A stretch of 64,000 bases of DNA from Octopus sinensis (Eukaryota). Every line of letters begins with the position of its first letter. Position 1 is the stretch's first letter. Under the pieces are notes generated by a model. That model made no database searches. It was not told where the DNA came from and was given only the letters and a program-made list of their open reading frames with translations. The stretch lies in contig NC_043010.1 of NCBI RefSeq assembly GCF_006345805.1, positions 9,920,001 through 9,984,000 of the forward strand, read 5' to 3'. The position numbers were made by a program, and so were the translations under genes. Of this stretch, positions 49,099 through 62,386 are shown piece after piece.

Positions 49099-50047
49099 AT
49101 TAATAATGGTAACAGAGGTAGTAGTGGTGGTGGTCGTGGTAAGAATGGACTGATAACAAGGGTTGGGGTAGAGATAGTGTCTGTGTGTTTGAGAGATGAG
49201 GTCAAGGGGTAGGTAAGGGTTATTCTAGTGGTGTCTGTCAATGAGAAGGCAGAATAAGAGTATATACTATTGTCCGTGTTTTGGTGGTAGTAGAGGTGGT
49301 GGTGGTTGTAATTGTAGTAGTAGTAGTAGTAAAAATAGTGGTAATGGCGATGGTGGTAGTATATAGGTTGGAGTGTTGTGAGCAGTGGTATTGATGGTGA
49401 TGGTGGTGGTCGTCGTAGTGGTGGTGGTGGTGGTAGTGTTGGTGGTGGTGGTGGTGGTAGTGGTGGTGGTGGTGGTGGTGGTGGTGGTGGTGGTGGTGGT
49501 GGTGTTGGTGGTGGTGGTTGCGGTGGTGGTGGTGGTGGTGGTGGTGGTGGTGGTGGTTGCGGTGGTGGCATTGTGGCAGTGACATTCAGAGTGGGGGGGG
49601 ATGTTAGGACATGGAGGTTGAGGTAGGGTGTGTGTGTGTATGTGTGGTGGCCACCACCACCGAAACATTCTCGGATGGAAGGAGAGTAAGAAAGATGTAG
49701 ATGAAAGAAAAGCATGGGAGATAGGGAGAGCTGTAAAAATTGAAGGACCTTCTCTATTCAGAATAAAAGTAAAAAAGATAAAAACATAATAGCTAAGGTA
49801 GTAGTAGTAGTAGTAGAGGTGGTTGTGGTGGTGGCAGTAGTGAAGGTGGTGGTGCTGATTGAGGTTGTGATTGTAGCAGCAGCATTAATAATAATGGATG
49901 TAGTAGTAGTAGTAGTAGTGGTGTTGGTGATGGTGGTGGTGGTGGTGGTGGTGGTGGTAGTGATTGATGGTTGTGGTGATTGTTGTAGTAGTAGAGGTAG
50001 GAATAGTGATGGTAGCGATGGTAGTAGTAGTAGCAACAGCAGCAGTT

Positions 50048-50091
<44 letters not shown>

Positions 50092-50517
50092 GGTAGTGGT
50101 GTTGGTGGTAGTGGTGGTGGTGGTGGTGTGGTGGTGGAAACGGCAGCTGGGGTATTCTGAGGTAAAAAAAAAAGAGGAGGAAAAAAAATGATAAAAAAAA
50201 AGAGTAGAGGAAAGAGGAGGAAGCTTGTAGAGGAGAAGGAAGAGGAGGCAGGAGGCAGGAGAGGAGAGTAATGAGGAGAAGGAGAAGGAGGAGGAGGAGG
50301 AGGAGGACGACAAGGAAATCATGATCAAAGGAGAGCAAGATGGCAGCGTTGGAGTCTGATGGTGTCTGAAGATGTGACTGTCTAGAGATGGGTGAATGCG
50401 GTGGGGTGGGTAGGAAGGCAGGTAGGGTGGGGGGTGGGGGTAATATAGTCTGGTGATAATGATAGTGGTGGTGGTGGTGGTGGTGGTCATATAAGGGTGG
50501 GACGAGGGGGTCGTCAT

Positions 50518-51620
50518 TGTTGTTTTTGTTGTTTAGCCCCAGGTCAAGCCTGATTGAGCAAGCAGACCTTTGATCAAGCGCAGTCTATCCGTGACCACCC
50601 ACCCTCTCCTTCTTTTTCCTACGTGCTGGGAACCCAGGACTACACTGCATTATCCAATGTATTTTTTTTTTCTTCACTTTTTTTGAGATGGTAATTTGAG
50701 GTGCGATCTGAGGGAGACTTAGCTTCTATTTCTAGCATGCTGGATTTCCAAGTAAAGGTTTCTCTCTGTAGAGGTATGTGATAGCATGTCTAAAAATTTT
50801 GTTCAGCCCCAGGTCAAAAATTTTGCTCAACCCCTGGTTAAAGATTTGGTTCATTCCTGATTAGGCTGTTATGATCAACAGTATTCCAGTCATGACCTGC
50901 CCATCTGCTTTTTTCTTCTACTTTCAATCCTTTGAGTCCTTACTACCTGCTTTTTTTCAAACAGGTAGTGTTATTTGAGTAAGATTTCGCTATTATTTCT
51001 TGTAGGTCAAGCAATCTTGCAGAGGTTCCTGTTGTCATTTAGCACTAGGTCAAATATATATAAGCTTGAACTGCCTTATGAGTGAAATCATTCCAGCCAT
51101 GGCTATCACGTCTTATTTCTAGGCATAGTAAGTATATCGAGGACTTCATTATCCAATATGTCCTTCCTCATTCAAGGCAGTAGAGTATGATCTGAGAGAG
51201 TATGGCTGCTATTTCTAACAAATTCAATGACCACATAGAAGCTCCCTAGTTTAGTTTGTGATGAGGATGTTGCTGGTGATGGTGATGATGGTGCTTAATG
51301 GTAACGTCAATGGTGATAGAGTTGGTAGTGGTGGTGATGGTGGTGGTGGTGGTAATGATGGTGGCGTTGCTGTGGTTGAGGTAGCAGTTCCTGCTGCTGT
51401 TGTTGTTGTTGTTGTTGTTAGCTGTAGATCAGCCCTGATTCAGCAGACTTATGATCAAAGACGTTCCAGCTTTGACCTTCCTGTCAATATTTTGTATATC
51501 ATGCACTAAATTGTCCAAATGTCCTCATTTACGTTGAAGCTGACGGCATGGCGTTAATATGAGAGGAGAACTTGACTGCTATTTCTAGCAGATTGAGCGG
51601 CCATTTAAAGGTTCCTGTGT
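50518..51620 (+). mobile_element. Four co-oriented degenerate copies of an unclassified about 200-bp interspersed repeat
   Basis: gttgtttagccccaggtca...tatgatcaa...ttccagcc...ttatccaat...gctatttctagca motifs recur; further copies near 20975-21170 and 59330-59535. Confidence 0.6.
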
Positions 51621-52700
51621 GTATGTGTGTGCGTGTGTATGTATGTATGTGCGTGTGTGTGTGTGTGTGTATGTGTGTGTGTATGTGTGTGTGTGTGTGA
51701 TATATCTCGGTGGTGATGTGATGAAGGTGCTGGTGATAGTGGTGATGGTGATGGTGATGGTGATGGTAGTGGTGGTGGTGGTGGTGGTGGGGGTAGTGGT
51801 GGCAGGCAGTAGTTGCAGTGTTATAGTTCAAGCAATGATTGATTAAGGGTTGTAGTGAGAGGAGGGAGTACAATACTGCGTTGGTTGACGAAGACTTTGC
51901 ACAGATACAATACAAAAGCAGTATACTGGTAACTGAATCTGTGAGAGAGGTGTAGGGGTGGGGCGTGGGGGGGGGTACTGAGCGGTGGTGGCGGGGGGGG
52001 CATAGGGAGAGAGAGAAAGAAAGAAGGAGAGAGAGAAAAAAGGAGAGAGAGAGAGAAAGGGCCTCCCCCCCCTCCGCTGAAAATGGAGAAATCCAAGAGA
52101 TATACATATACAGTGCACATACTTACACACACACTCATATATATCCATATACATAAGCATATACTAACACATACACACATATGCATATATACACGCACAT
52201 ACACACATGCCTATAAATATACATATATATACATATATATATATGTGTGTATATATATATATATACATATATACATACATATAGAGACATACACACACAT
52301 AGATGCATTCATGCATATACACTTACACACACACGTACACACACACACACACACTCACATGCACACAGGCGCATACACACAGGCGCATGCATACACACAC
52401 TCACGATACAGTCCAAAAGTAGCAAATGGTGGAAGAATATTAGACATGGCATTATGTTGACGGAGTAGCAGAGTAGCAGTAGTTGTGGTGGTAGTGGGAG
52501 GAGATGAGGAGGAAGAGAGAAGATGCTGGGTGATGGGAATTAGTATTGTGACGGAGATAGATATGTAATGAAAGGGTGATGAAGAGAGCGAGAGAGAGAG
52601 AGGGGGGGTGAGGGGGATGAGGGAGAAAGAGAGAGAATATGTGTGAGAGGTTAATTCAGAAGTGTTATGTGGAAAGAAAATAGTAGTAGTAGTAGTAGCG

Positions 52701-52751
<51 letters not shown>

Positions 52752-53543
52752 TGGGTGAATAAAAAATTGATAGAGTGATTAGAATAGAGGAAGGTGCAAA
52801 GAGAAAGGTAGTGAGTAGTAAGAGAAAGAGAGTGAGGAGTGAGTGAGTGATGAGTGACTGAGTGAGTGATGAGTGAGTAAGTGAGTGAGTGAGTGAGAGT
52901 GACATAGGGAGATTGAGATAGAGGAATGTGTGAGCTGTATAAGAAATGAGAGAAAGAGAAATATGTAGGTTAATACAGAGGGGTGTGAGTGACAGTAAGA
53001 GATAGAGAGAGAGATTGATATAGAGGTTGGTGGGAGGGAAAAGAAAGAGGCAAAAGAGAGAAAGGGGGAAAGTGAGATAAAAAGAAAGCGAGAGAGAGAG
53101 AGAGAGGAAGGTGTGCATTCAAAAGGGAAGTAATGAGGAGAGTAGTAGTTAGAGTCGCAGTGAGAGAACAAGGGAGGAGGAAAGAGAGAGAGATAGATAT
53201 ATAGAGAGAGAGAGCATCGGAGAGTACTGCAGAAGGTTTTTGGTGAGAAGAGAGAAGAATGAATATAAAGTTGTTTATTTTTGCTGCTTTTGGACGATAT
53301 TGTATGTACGTGTGTATGTATTTGAGGATAAGTATGTACAAATGTGTATTTGTGTGTATGTGCGTATGCGTGTGTGTGTGTGTGTGTGTGCTGGTATGTG
53401 CATGTGTGTTTACATCATGTATGCATATGCGTTTGTATGTATGATGTGAGCATGTGTATTGAAATGCGTTTGATGGAGTTGTGAGAAATAATGTATGTGG
53501 TATAACATGTACAACGAAGTATTCTATATGTGTGTGTGTATGC

Positions 53544-53574
<31 letters not shown>

Positions 53575-53751
53575 TGTGTGTGTGCATGCACAATGAAGAA
53601 CTATGTATGTGTGTATGTGATAAAGCTCGTACAATGCAAAATATGCATGTGTATGGTAGAACCTGCACAATAAAGTTATATGTATGTATGTGGCAGTGTT
53701 TATGTATGTATGCGTGTATGTATATGCATATACCTTGTAGAACTATATCAC

Positions 53752-53794
<43 letters not shown>

Positions 53795-53795
53795 C

Positions 53796-53850
<55 letters not shown>

Positions 53851-55479
53851 ATCATCATCATCATCTTTAGCATGGAAAACGGACGCTAAACGATGATGAT
53901 GATGATGATGATGATGATGATATATACATATATATATATAAGAATATTATATGGTGGAGCCTATACAGTTAATAAATGTATGTGTATGTGGTACTGGAAT
54001 GTATAACCTAAGCCAACATTCATGTCTATGATTGAGTAATACATAGATATAGGGTAGCATCTATACAGTGAACAAATATGTATGGATGTGATAGAAAAAG
54101 CGTACAATGAAGAAATTTTCTTTAGTCATTTATAATATCCCTAATTGGTTGGAAGAACGAACTTAAACAAAAGCAGATTCAATTAGCTGCTTTCTTGCAG
54201 CATGGAGAGATCTTTATACCGAAGCATGAGAAATGTTTATTTATTTATTTATTCCCTTATATTGCTATTTATTTATTTATTTATTTTATTTATTTTGTTG
54301 ATAGTTTGGTCTGGAGCTGTGGTTCCCATCCTGTGGGTCATTGTATAATTTTGAAAGAGATTCAATGAATAAAATCTTTTTTTTTTTCTTTGGAAATACT
54401 TGATAAAATATATGTTCACAAATATGGTTATACAATAAACCATGGGAATAAGGGCCACAGCATGACATTTACATTTACTGCATGCGAAAACTGAAGAATA
54501 TATCCACCCAGCCCCACAAATAATAAAAATGTTAAATGCATTTTTTTTTTTTTTTTTTTTTTGGTATGTAATAAAAAGGGATTGCTGAGGATTATTGATT
54601 TGCCAAAATGGGTCATACTAATAGATAGGAACTGCTGGTTTAGAGGGGGAAAAAAAAAAAAGGGCTTTGTCCACAGCCTTTGCAGGCTTTCCATGGCTGG
54701 TGAGATCAATGTGGTTCATATTCATCTTGACCAACTGCAGTAGGGGGGAAAAAAAATAGGCTGATATTCTAGGGAAAGAAGAAGTGGGACAAAATGTTAG
54801 CACAAGGCTTTGGATTAGTGTGAAGGGGGAAAGTTTGGGTGACAAGGGGGGCGGGAGGAGAGAGGTGGAGGAACTGGGTAATTGGGAGGGGAAGTGGTAT
54901 GAAATCAGTCGACCATGAAGGACCAACAACTATTGTATTATTGGTTGAACTAGTAGAGCAAGGAGACAAACATCATCATGAATCAGAGAGTGTAGGCTTC
55001 TTGCTTTTGTTGTTACTTCCAGCTGATATATTAAAACCTCCAAGGAAATGCAGTATGCTTTTGATTGTATACTGTATAGACATGCTGTCTTTGGACTGAG
55101 AGAAAAATATAATTCACCAGCTGTGACTGACTCCTGTGATAAAACTGTGCATATGCATGATTAAATCATATACATGTTGGTGCATACACAGTACACATGT
55201 ACTTAAACTTACTGAGAGTAGTGAAAGTGAAAGTAAAACCCTTAACAGCTTAGCTCTGTATGTTGCTGCTACTGTCGTTTTTTTTTTAGCCCTGAGTTGT
55301 TTCTGATTGAGAAATAATGACTTAAAATTTGGAGAAGGGACATGATTTATCATAAGGTATTCTATTTCATAAACCCTTGAAGGATGAAGGGTAAAGATGA
55401 TGGCAGGATTTGAACTCAAAAGGAAATTAGAGTAACTAAGCACAATGCATTTTGTTCAGTTCTCTAATGATTTCACTCT

Positions 55480-55481
55480 GT

Positions 55482-55531
<50 letters not shown>

Positions 55532-55535
55532 CCAC

Positions 55536-55578
<43 letters not shown>

Positions 55579-55665
55579 GTTTAGCATTCGCTTTCCATGC
55601 TAGCATGGGTTGGACGGTTCAACTGGGGTCCGGGAAGCCAGAAGGCTGCACCAGGCCCAGTCTGT
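55480..55665 (-). mobile_element. RTE LINE 3' tail with long (CAT)n
   Basis: gtttagcattcgctttccatgctagcatgggttggacgg. Confidence 0.8.
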
Positions 55666-56347
55666 AATATTTCAGCTTAAACTACAAAAGCTTACAAAGG
55701 ATAACAGGATCTTTTTTTTCTTTTCGTTTATAAATATGTTTGCGCACAGAACAAGTTAACAAAGAAACCAGCAATTATACAACAAATTTTTTCTTTTTTT
55801 TTAGGAGAAGTAGGGATCTAGTAATAGAACTAACACCATCATTAGAACACTACCTAGTTTCTATCATTTAACCAATGGGGATTACATAGATAGGCGATGG
55901 CAGAGTGGTGTCTAAAATACATCAGTGTGAATCTCATGAATTCCCAATATACTCAGCCTGTGAGGTATCTATCAAAAGACACAGCCCATGTTGTGTTGCC
56001 ATATCCAGTTACTTCAGTTCCAAAGAGATATGGAACAAACCATGAACAAATAGGTTATACACTAAATGGATTTGAATATAAATTTGGAGTTGTGAGAAGC
56101 ACCATGTGAAACAACAACCATATCATTGCAGCACAATAAATGTTTACCATGAGAAGATAAAGCGAGCTATATTTTCTTGTTGTATTGAGTACAGTGTTAG
56201 TCACAGCTGGTGGATTTTCTTCTCCTCTCAGTTCAAAGACAGAGTATGCATTCAGAACAGAAGCAACCTGCTTTTCCTGGAAGATTATAATATAATCTTG
56301 GAACAACAGCATTATATTATAATATACCTCTGCATTATAATACATAA

Positions 56348-56742
56348 TCTTTATATATAAAAGTGAAGTTGTGTGTCTGTCTCCTACAATTTAGATTCCT
56401 AACTACTCCCACATTTTGCGGTGCAGTTTAACCAAAAGCGGGTATCTTATAGTTGTGATTCATATTGAGCCCTTCTGGGTATTAGCGTGCGTCTACAATG
56501 AGTCTACGATTTAAAAAAAAATTTACCATCATTTTTTCCATTTTTAATGCATTTTTTTTGCTATTATATAAGGGAAGTAACTCGCGTCTACGATGAGTGT
56601 ACGATTTAAAAAAAAATTTACCATAATTTTTCCGCATCTTTAATGCATTTTCGCTCGGTTTATATAAGGGAAGTAACTCTCTATAAATGCTTATATAGTT
56701 ATTTCCCTTACAAACCCGAGCTACACCGGGCGATACTGCTAG
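56348..56742 (+). mobile_element. Non-autonomous Helitron, copy 3
   Basis: A|TC...hairpin...CTAG|T; internal tandem duplication of about 95 bp. Confidence 0.9.
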
Positions 56743-56992
56743 TATAATATAATGTAATATAATATATCATTAGATCATATAGGTTTCAAATTATGGCAAA
56801 GTCAACAATTTTGTGGGCAGGAGTAAGTCGGTTAGATCAAACCCAGTGCTCTACTGGTATTTAGTTTATCAACCAGGAATGGATGAGAGGCAAAGTCAAT
56901 GTTGGCAGAATTTGAACTCATATCTCCAGATTATATTATAATGAAATATGATCTGCTTCCAGATTGTGTTGTTGTTTGATATAATCTGGAGG

Positions 56993-57386
56993 AAAAGGAG
57001 ACCCCCTTCGGTCAGACACTGACCATGGGATTGCACCTAGAAAGTTATCCTCTGAGGCACAAGTCCAGGCAACATTGTTTGTGGAAGGCTAGCAGTCGCC
57101 CATGCATACCAGCCTCCCCTCTCCACACCACTGATGTTATCCAAGGGAAAGGCAAAAGGGCCGATACAACTTGGCACCAGTGATGTCGCAACTCATTTCT
57201 ACAGCTGAGGGAACTAGTACCCCAGCATGGCCACGGCCTTCAGGCTAAAACATTTTTAAGGATTAAGGCAATGTGAAATAAAGTGTCTTGCTCAAGAACA
57301 CAACACACAGCCTGGTCTGGGAATCAAACTCACAACCTCACGATCATAAGCTCTATGCTCTAACCACTAAGCCATGTTCCTTCACA
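56993..57386 (-). mobile_element. SINE family D with 14-bp TSD and a foreign insert of about 50 bp
   Basis: atataatctggagg at 56979-56992 and 57387-57400; insert ccccagcatggccacggccttcaggc... at about 57216-57268. Confidence 0.9.
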
Positions 57387-57732
57387 ATATAATCTGGAGG
57401 TAGCAACAAAAGCAAGAAGCATGCAATCCCTGATCCACAATATCTATCTCCTTGGTCTGCTTCTACCTGTCCCACAATAGCTAAAGACCTTCACTGTTGG
57501 CTGATTACCTTCTACCTTTACTCACACCTACCCAAATGCTTCATCTCCCATTCCTTCGTCATCCACATTTCCACCCCATTCTTAAGTGTCACACTTACAT
57601 TTTCTCTCATTCCTTCCTTTCCACATTAGCCCATGTTCTTCCTGCAGTTATTCGAGATGAACATGACCCACATTGACCGCACTAGTTTTGGAAGGCCTGA
57701 AAAGGCCGTGGCTACAGTTCTTTCTTCTAGAT

Positions 57733-58492
57733 CAGTGGTTCTCAACCATTTATAACCCCTGGAACTCCTTGATTAGTATTTTATACTGATAGACTCCCAT
57801 AATCATTCAATAGTTAAAAGATAGTTCTATAGGCGCAGGAGTGGCTGTGTGGTAAGTAGCTTGCTAACCAACCACATGGTTCCGGGTTCAGTCCCACTGC
57901 GTGGCATCTTGGGCGAGTGTCTTCTGCTATAGCCCCGGGCCAACCAATGCCTTGTGAGTGGATTTGGTAGACGTAAACTGAAAGAAGCCTGTCGTATATA
58001 TATATATATATATGTGTTTGTGTGTCTGTGTTTGTCCCCCTAGCATTGCTTGACAACCGATGCTGGTGTGTTTACATCCCCGTCACTTAGCGGTTCAGCA
58101 AAAGAGACCGATAGAATAAGTACTGGGCTTACAAAGAATAAGTCCCAGGGTCGATTTGCTCGACTAAAAGGCTGTGCTCCAGCATGGCCGCAGTCAAATG
58201 ACTGAAACAAGTAAAAAAGAGTAAAAAAGAGATACTTCTTTCAAATTACCTATTTTGTTTTCCATATGTTCATTTGTACCAGCATTCAGGGGTCAAAAAT
58301 ATGCTATGCAATGTAAGATGTTAGAAAAAGAACCCTATTTGTTTCTTGCAATGCATACCTCTAAAAGCGAAATTTATTCATGGGTCCTCAAAATACTGTT
58401 GTGAATCCCCAATTTACTACATGCATGCATAGACCACTAAAAATCTTATATGGACTCCTAAAGGTCATATGAACCCTGATTGAGAACAACTG
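57733..58492. mobile_element. Aged hAT-type MITE with nested SINE A
   Basis: TIR cagtggttctcaacc / gattgagaacaactg; degenerate 8-bp TSD ttctagat / ctccagat. Confidence 0.65.
57831..58232 (+). mobile_element. SINE family A, full length
   Basis: Matches the family A consensus. Confidence 0.9.
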
Positions 58493-58660
58493 CTCCAGAT
58501 AACCAGCTCTCAAATATTTAGCACATCAATAATACCCTGCAACTCCGTTTTTTGATATTTAAATAAAAAAAATAAGAAATCCTGTGGGATGCACATAACA
58601 TTTTTATTTTTTGGTAGTCGGGAAAGATATATTCCTCAGTCTTTTATTTTGTTTTTCGTA

Positions 58661-58873
58661 TTACTCTTTACTCTTTTACTTGTTTCAGTCATTTGACTGT
58701 GGCCATGCTGGAGCACCACCTTTAGTCGAGCAAACTCGACCCCGGGACTTATTCTTTGTAAGCCCAGTACTTATTCTATCGGTCTCTTTTTGCCGAACCG
58801 CTAAGTGACGGGAACGTAAACACACCAGCATTGGTTGTCAAGCAATGCTAGGGGGACAAACACAGACACACAA

Positions 58874-58906
<33 letters not shown>

Positions 58907-59050
58907 CATATATACGACAGGCTTCTTTCAGTTTCCGTCTACCAAATCCACTCACAAGGCATTGGTCGGCCCGAAGTCATAGTAGAAGACACTTGCCCAA
59001 GATGCCACGCATGTGGCTGGTTAGCAAGCTACTTACCACACAGCCACTCC
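58661..59050 (-). mobile_element. SINE family A (small deletion in head)
   Basis: Matches the family A consensus. Confidence 0.88.
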
Positions 59051-59537
59051 TTAAACAGACCATTTGTAATTTTTTTTTCAACTATTGGCACATGGTCTAA
59101 AATTTTTCAGGAAGAGAAAGTTGATTTCATTGACTCCATTGCTCAACTGGTATTTATCTTATTGACATCAAAAAGAAGAAAGGCAAAACTGATCTTAGCA
59201 TAACTTGAACTCAGAATGTAAGGCCCCAAAAAATGGCACTAAGCATTTTGTCCGTCTTGCTAATGATTCTGCCAGCTTGTTGCCTGGCAAATATAAATTC
59301 ACAGCTTTTGCTTAAGATGTTGTTGTTATTGTTCATCCCAAAATCTACTCAACTAAGTAGAGTTATGGACAAAGACATCCCAACCATGCCCATCCAATCT
59401 TTTCCTATGTGCTAGATACACAGGTCCACAATCTCAAATGTCATTTTCTAAGAAGGGTGAATGTGATGGAGATTTGATTGCCGCTTCTAGCAGGTTCAAT
59501 GTGTGTCTTTGAGTGATTACATAGAAGCTCCCATGTT

Positions 59538-59568
<31 letters not shown>

Positions 59569-59597
59569 TTGCTGCTGTTGTTGCTGTTGCTGTTGCT

Positions 59598-59973
59598 GTT
59601 GAGCGAACAGTCTTCGTCCCAGAGCTTGCAAGATGGGAGAAGTCTGAAACGTGGTCCTTTGCTATTCGTAAGACCCGCAGAAGAGAAAGCAGGTCAACAC
59701 CCCGACACCGAGAGCATCAACGGATGGATGAATGCGCATCCAGGCTCAGCAGTTGTGTAGGAAGTCGGGGACAAGAAACAGGAAAAAAGAATGAGAGAAA
59801 GTTGGAGTGAAAGAGTACAACAGAGGTCGCCTCCCCCCCCCCCCTGCTGGAGCCTCGTGGAGCTTTGGGTGTTTTCGTTCAATAAACACACACAACACCC
59901 GGTCTGGGAATCGAAACCGCAATCCTCCGACCGTGAGTCCGCTGCCCTAACCATTGGGCCATTGCGCCTCCAC
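59598..59973 (-). mobile_element. OR-like tRNA-derived SINE with a different 3' half, in a (CAA/CAG)n tract
   Basis: Head gtggaggcgcaatggcccaatggttagggcagcggac shared with 40739; tail differs. Confidence 0.75.
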
Positions 59974-60229
59974 TTGTTGCTGCTGCGGCTTTACTTTGCC
60001 CAAAGTCATCCCTCTTCATACTAACCTATGATTAAAATTATTTCAGCTATAACCATTCTAACTTTTCCTTATATACAAGAAATTCAAAATGACATTATCA
60101 AACATGACATTTTCCTAAGATTGTTGAGTATAATTTTCAGGAGGTTTAACAGCTGTATCTAGTTATGCCTAATATTTTTGAATTGGTATATTTGTTGATA
60201 TGTAGTTATCTTATATAAAACAGGTTCTG

Positions 60230-60550
60230 CTATGAGAAGTGATTGAACATATGTTTTGAAATCCACAGACTTTTATATCAAGAGTGAGCTAGAGAAACGA
60301 AGCTATTTTGAAAAAATCATATTAGATCTCTAGAGAGAATGTTACCACCATGATGAACTGAAGGACGTGAATGGACAGAGGCTGGCTGATCAAGTCAGAC
60401 AAATTAAGATTAAGAAGTGAGTAGAAGTAAAACCAGAGAAAATTACACAGGCAACGAGTGGAAAATGAACTTCATTTCTCTGCAGATCCATAAGAAATAC
60501 ATGATGCATAAGAAAATTAGCAGGGCATTGATATAGTAGAAGAAAATGGT
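60230..60550 (+). mobile_element. R4/Dong-clade LINE N-terminal ORF fragment
   Basis: ...RSYFEKIILDL*REC...VNGQRLADQVRQIKIKK*VEVK; homologous to 61340-61620. Confidence 0.55.
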
Positions 60551-60554
60551 AATC

Positions 60555-60963
60555 TCTTTCCCCTTTTCTTTTACTTGTTTCAGTCATTTGACCGTGGCCA
60601 TGCTGGAGCACCGCCTTTAGTCGAGCACATCGACCCCAGGACTTATTCTTTGTAAGCCCAGTACTTATTCTATCGGTCTCTTTTGCTGAACTGCTAAGTT
60701 ACGGGGACTTAAACACACCAGCATCAGTTGTCAAGCAATATTGGGGGGACAAACACAGACACGCAAATACACACACACATATATATATACACATATGTCG
60801 GGCTTCTTTCAGTTTCCGTCTACCAAATCCACTCACAAGACTTTGGTTGGCCCGAAGCTATGGTAGAAGACACTTGCCCAAGGTGCCATGCAGTGGGACT
60901 GAACCCGGAACCATGTAGTTCGTAAGCAAGCTACTTACCACACACCCACCTACTCCTACGCCT
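60555..60963 (-). mobile_element. SINE family A, full length
   Basis: Matches the family A consensus. Confidence 0.88.
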
Positions 60964-61633
60964 ATAATGATTATAAAAAGAATATAAACAAATGCTCTAG
61001 AAGTCATGAACAAAGAATTATAGTAAAAATAGGAGTATTGTAGTTGAAAATTCAAATAATAGTTCTTTCTACTTTTCCCTAAAGGCCTGTCATTTTGAGG
61101 GATTAGTATGCAAATTGGTTATATCAGCCCCAGTGTTTCACTTGTACATATTTTATTGGCCCCAAAATGATGGAAAGCAAAATTAACTTGGTTGGAATTT
61201 AAACTCAGAATGTAATGAGTCGTGAGAAATACCACAAGGTATTTTCGTCTGTAGCCCTAAGGATTCAGCCCCTTCCTCACTTGATAATAAATTGGTATGG
61301 GGAAAGGACGACTATAAATTGTTGCTTGACTGTTATGTCAATAGTAGGCCAGAGAGACAAGGCTGCATCAAAGGATTAGATCTCTTGAGAGAATGTTACC
61401 ACCAGGATGAGCCGAAGAGGTGACTAAACAGGGGCTGGCTGATGAAGTGAAAAAATTAAGATTAAGAAGTTGAAAGAAGAGATGGAGCAAAGCAAATTTA
61501 CAAAGAAGTGAGAAATATACTGCAAGAAACTTTAGTTCCAGAAGAAATACATGTAGCAGAAGGGAATAAGCAGGGCTTGGATGTCGAAGAAGGAAATATA
61601 GCAGCCAGAGAGGCCCACAGTGTACCTCTATCT

Positions 61634-61934
61634 CAGTGGTTCTCAGAAGGGATCCATATGGCTCTTGGGGGTCCATGTAGGACTTGGGGGATCAAGTGAA
61701 TCTTGGGGTTTCAAGGGAATCTCATATAAGATTTTGTTAAAATTTATCTGCAATAAATTCGTTATACTTCTATTATAAAGAAAATATTAAAAATTTTTTT
61801 AATACAATTCCTTTTAATATTTAATTATAAAAATATAATAGGATTTTTTAAACATCAAATAGCTATGAGGGTCCATCCACATAAAATAGCAGCCAAAGGG
61901 ATCCATCAGTAAAAGAAGTGGTTGAGAAACACTA
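61634..61934. mobile_element. Aged hAT-type MITE
   Basis: cagtggttctca ... ggttgagaaacacta; TSD degenerate. Confidence 0.55.
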
Positions 61935-61974
61935 CTTTGGCTGAAGAGCAACAAGAAGAGAATGGGCCTTCAGC

Positions 61975-62386
61975 TCTCTTTTACTCTTTTACTTGTTTCA
62001 GTCATTTGACTGTGACCATGCTGGAGCACCACCTTTAATCAAGCAACTCAACCCCGGGACTTTTTCTTTTGTAAACCCAGTACTTATTCTATCGGTCTCT
62101 TTTGCCGAACCGCTAAGTGACGGGGACATAAACACACCAGCATCGGTTGCCAAGCAATGCTAGGGGGACAAACACAGACACACAAACAAACACATGCATA
62201 TATATATACATATACATATATATGACAGGCTTCTTTCAGTTTCCATCTACCAAATCCACTCACCAGGCTTTGGTCGGCCCGAGGCTATAGTAGAAGACAC
62301 TCGCCCAAGGTGCCACGCAGTGGGATTGAACCCGGAACCATGTGGTTGGTAAACAAGCTACTTACCACACAACCACTCCTGTGCCT
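61975..62386 (-). mobile_element. SINE family A, full length
   Basis: Matches the family A consensus. Confidence 0.9.

Larger units (their letters stand above)
44880..53920. repeat. About 9-kb mosaic of (TA), (TG), (GA), (ACC/ACT) and (GGT/AGT) microsatellites and purine tracts
   Basis: Directly visible; only small islands of SINE or unique sequence. Confidence 0.9.

Noticed and set aside
48954-50517. Long poly-Pro/Thr/His/Val/Gly ORFs, also at 10151-10868 and 45865-46451
   Set aside because: Open in nearly all frames on both strands because of trinucleotide repeats; no splice context or domain.
55023-56280. Exon-like segments with good splice signals (55023-55052 +, 55213-55302 -, 56152-56280 -)
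   Set aside because: Two lie within copies of an old interspersed repeat, and the joined peptides resemble nothing recognisable.
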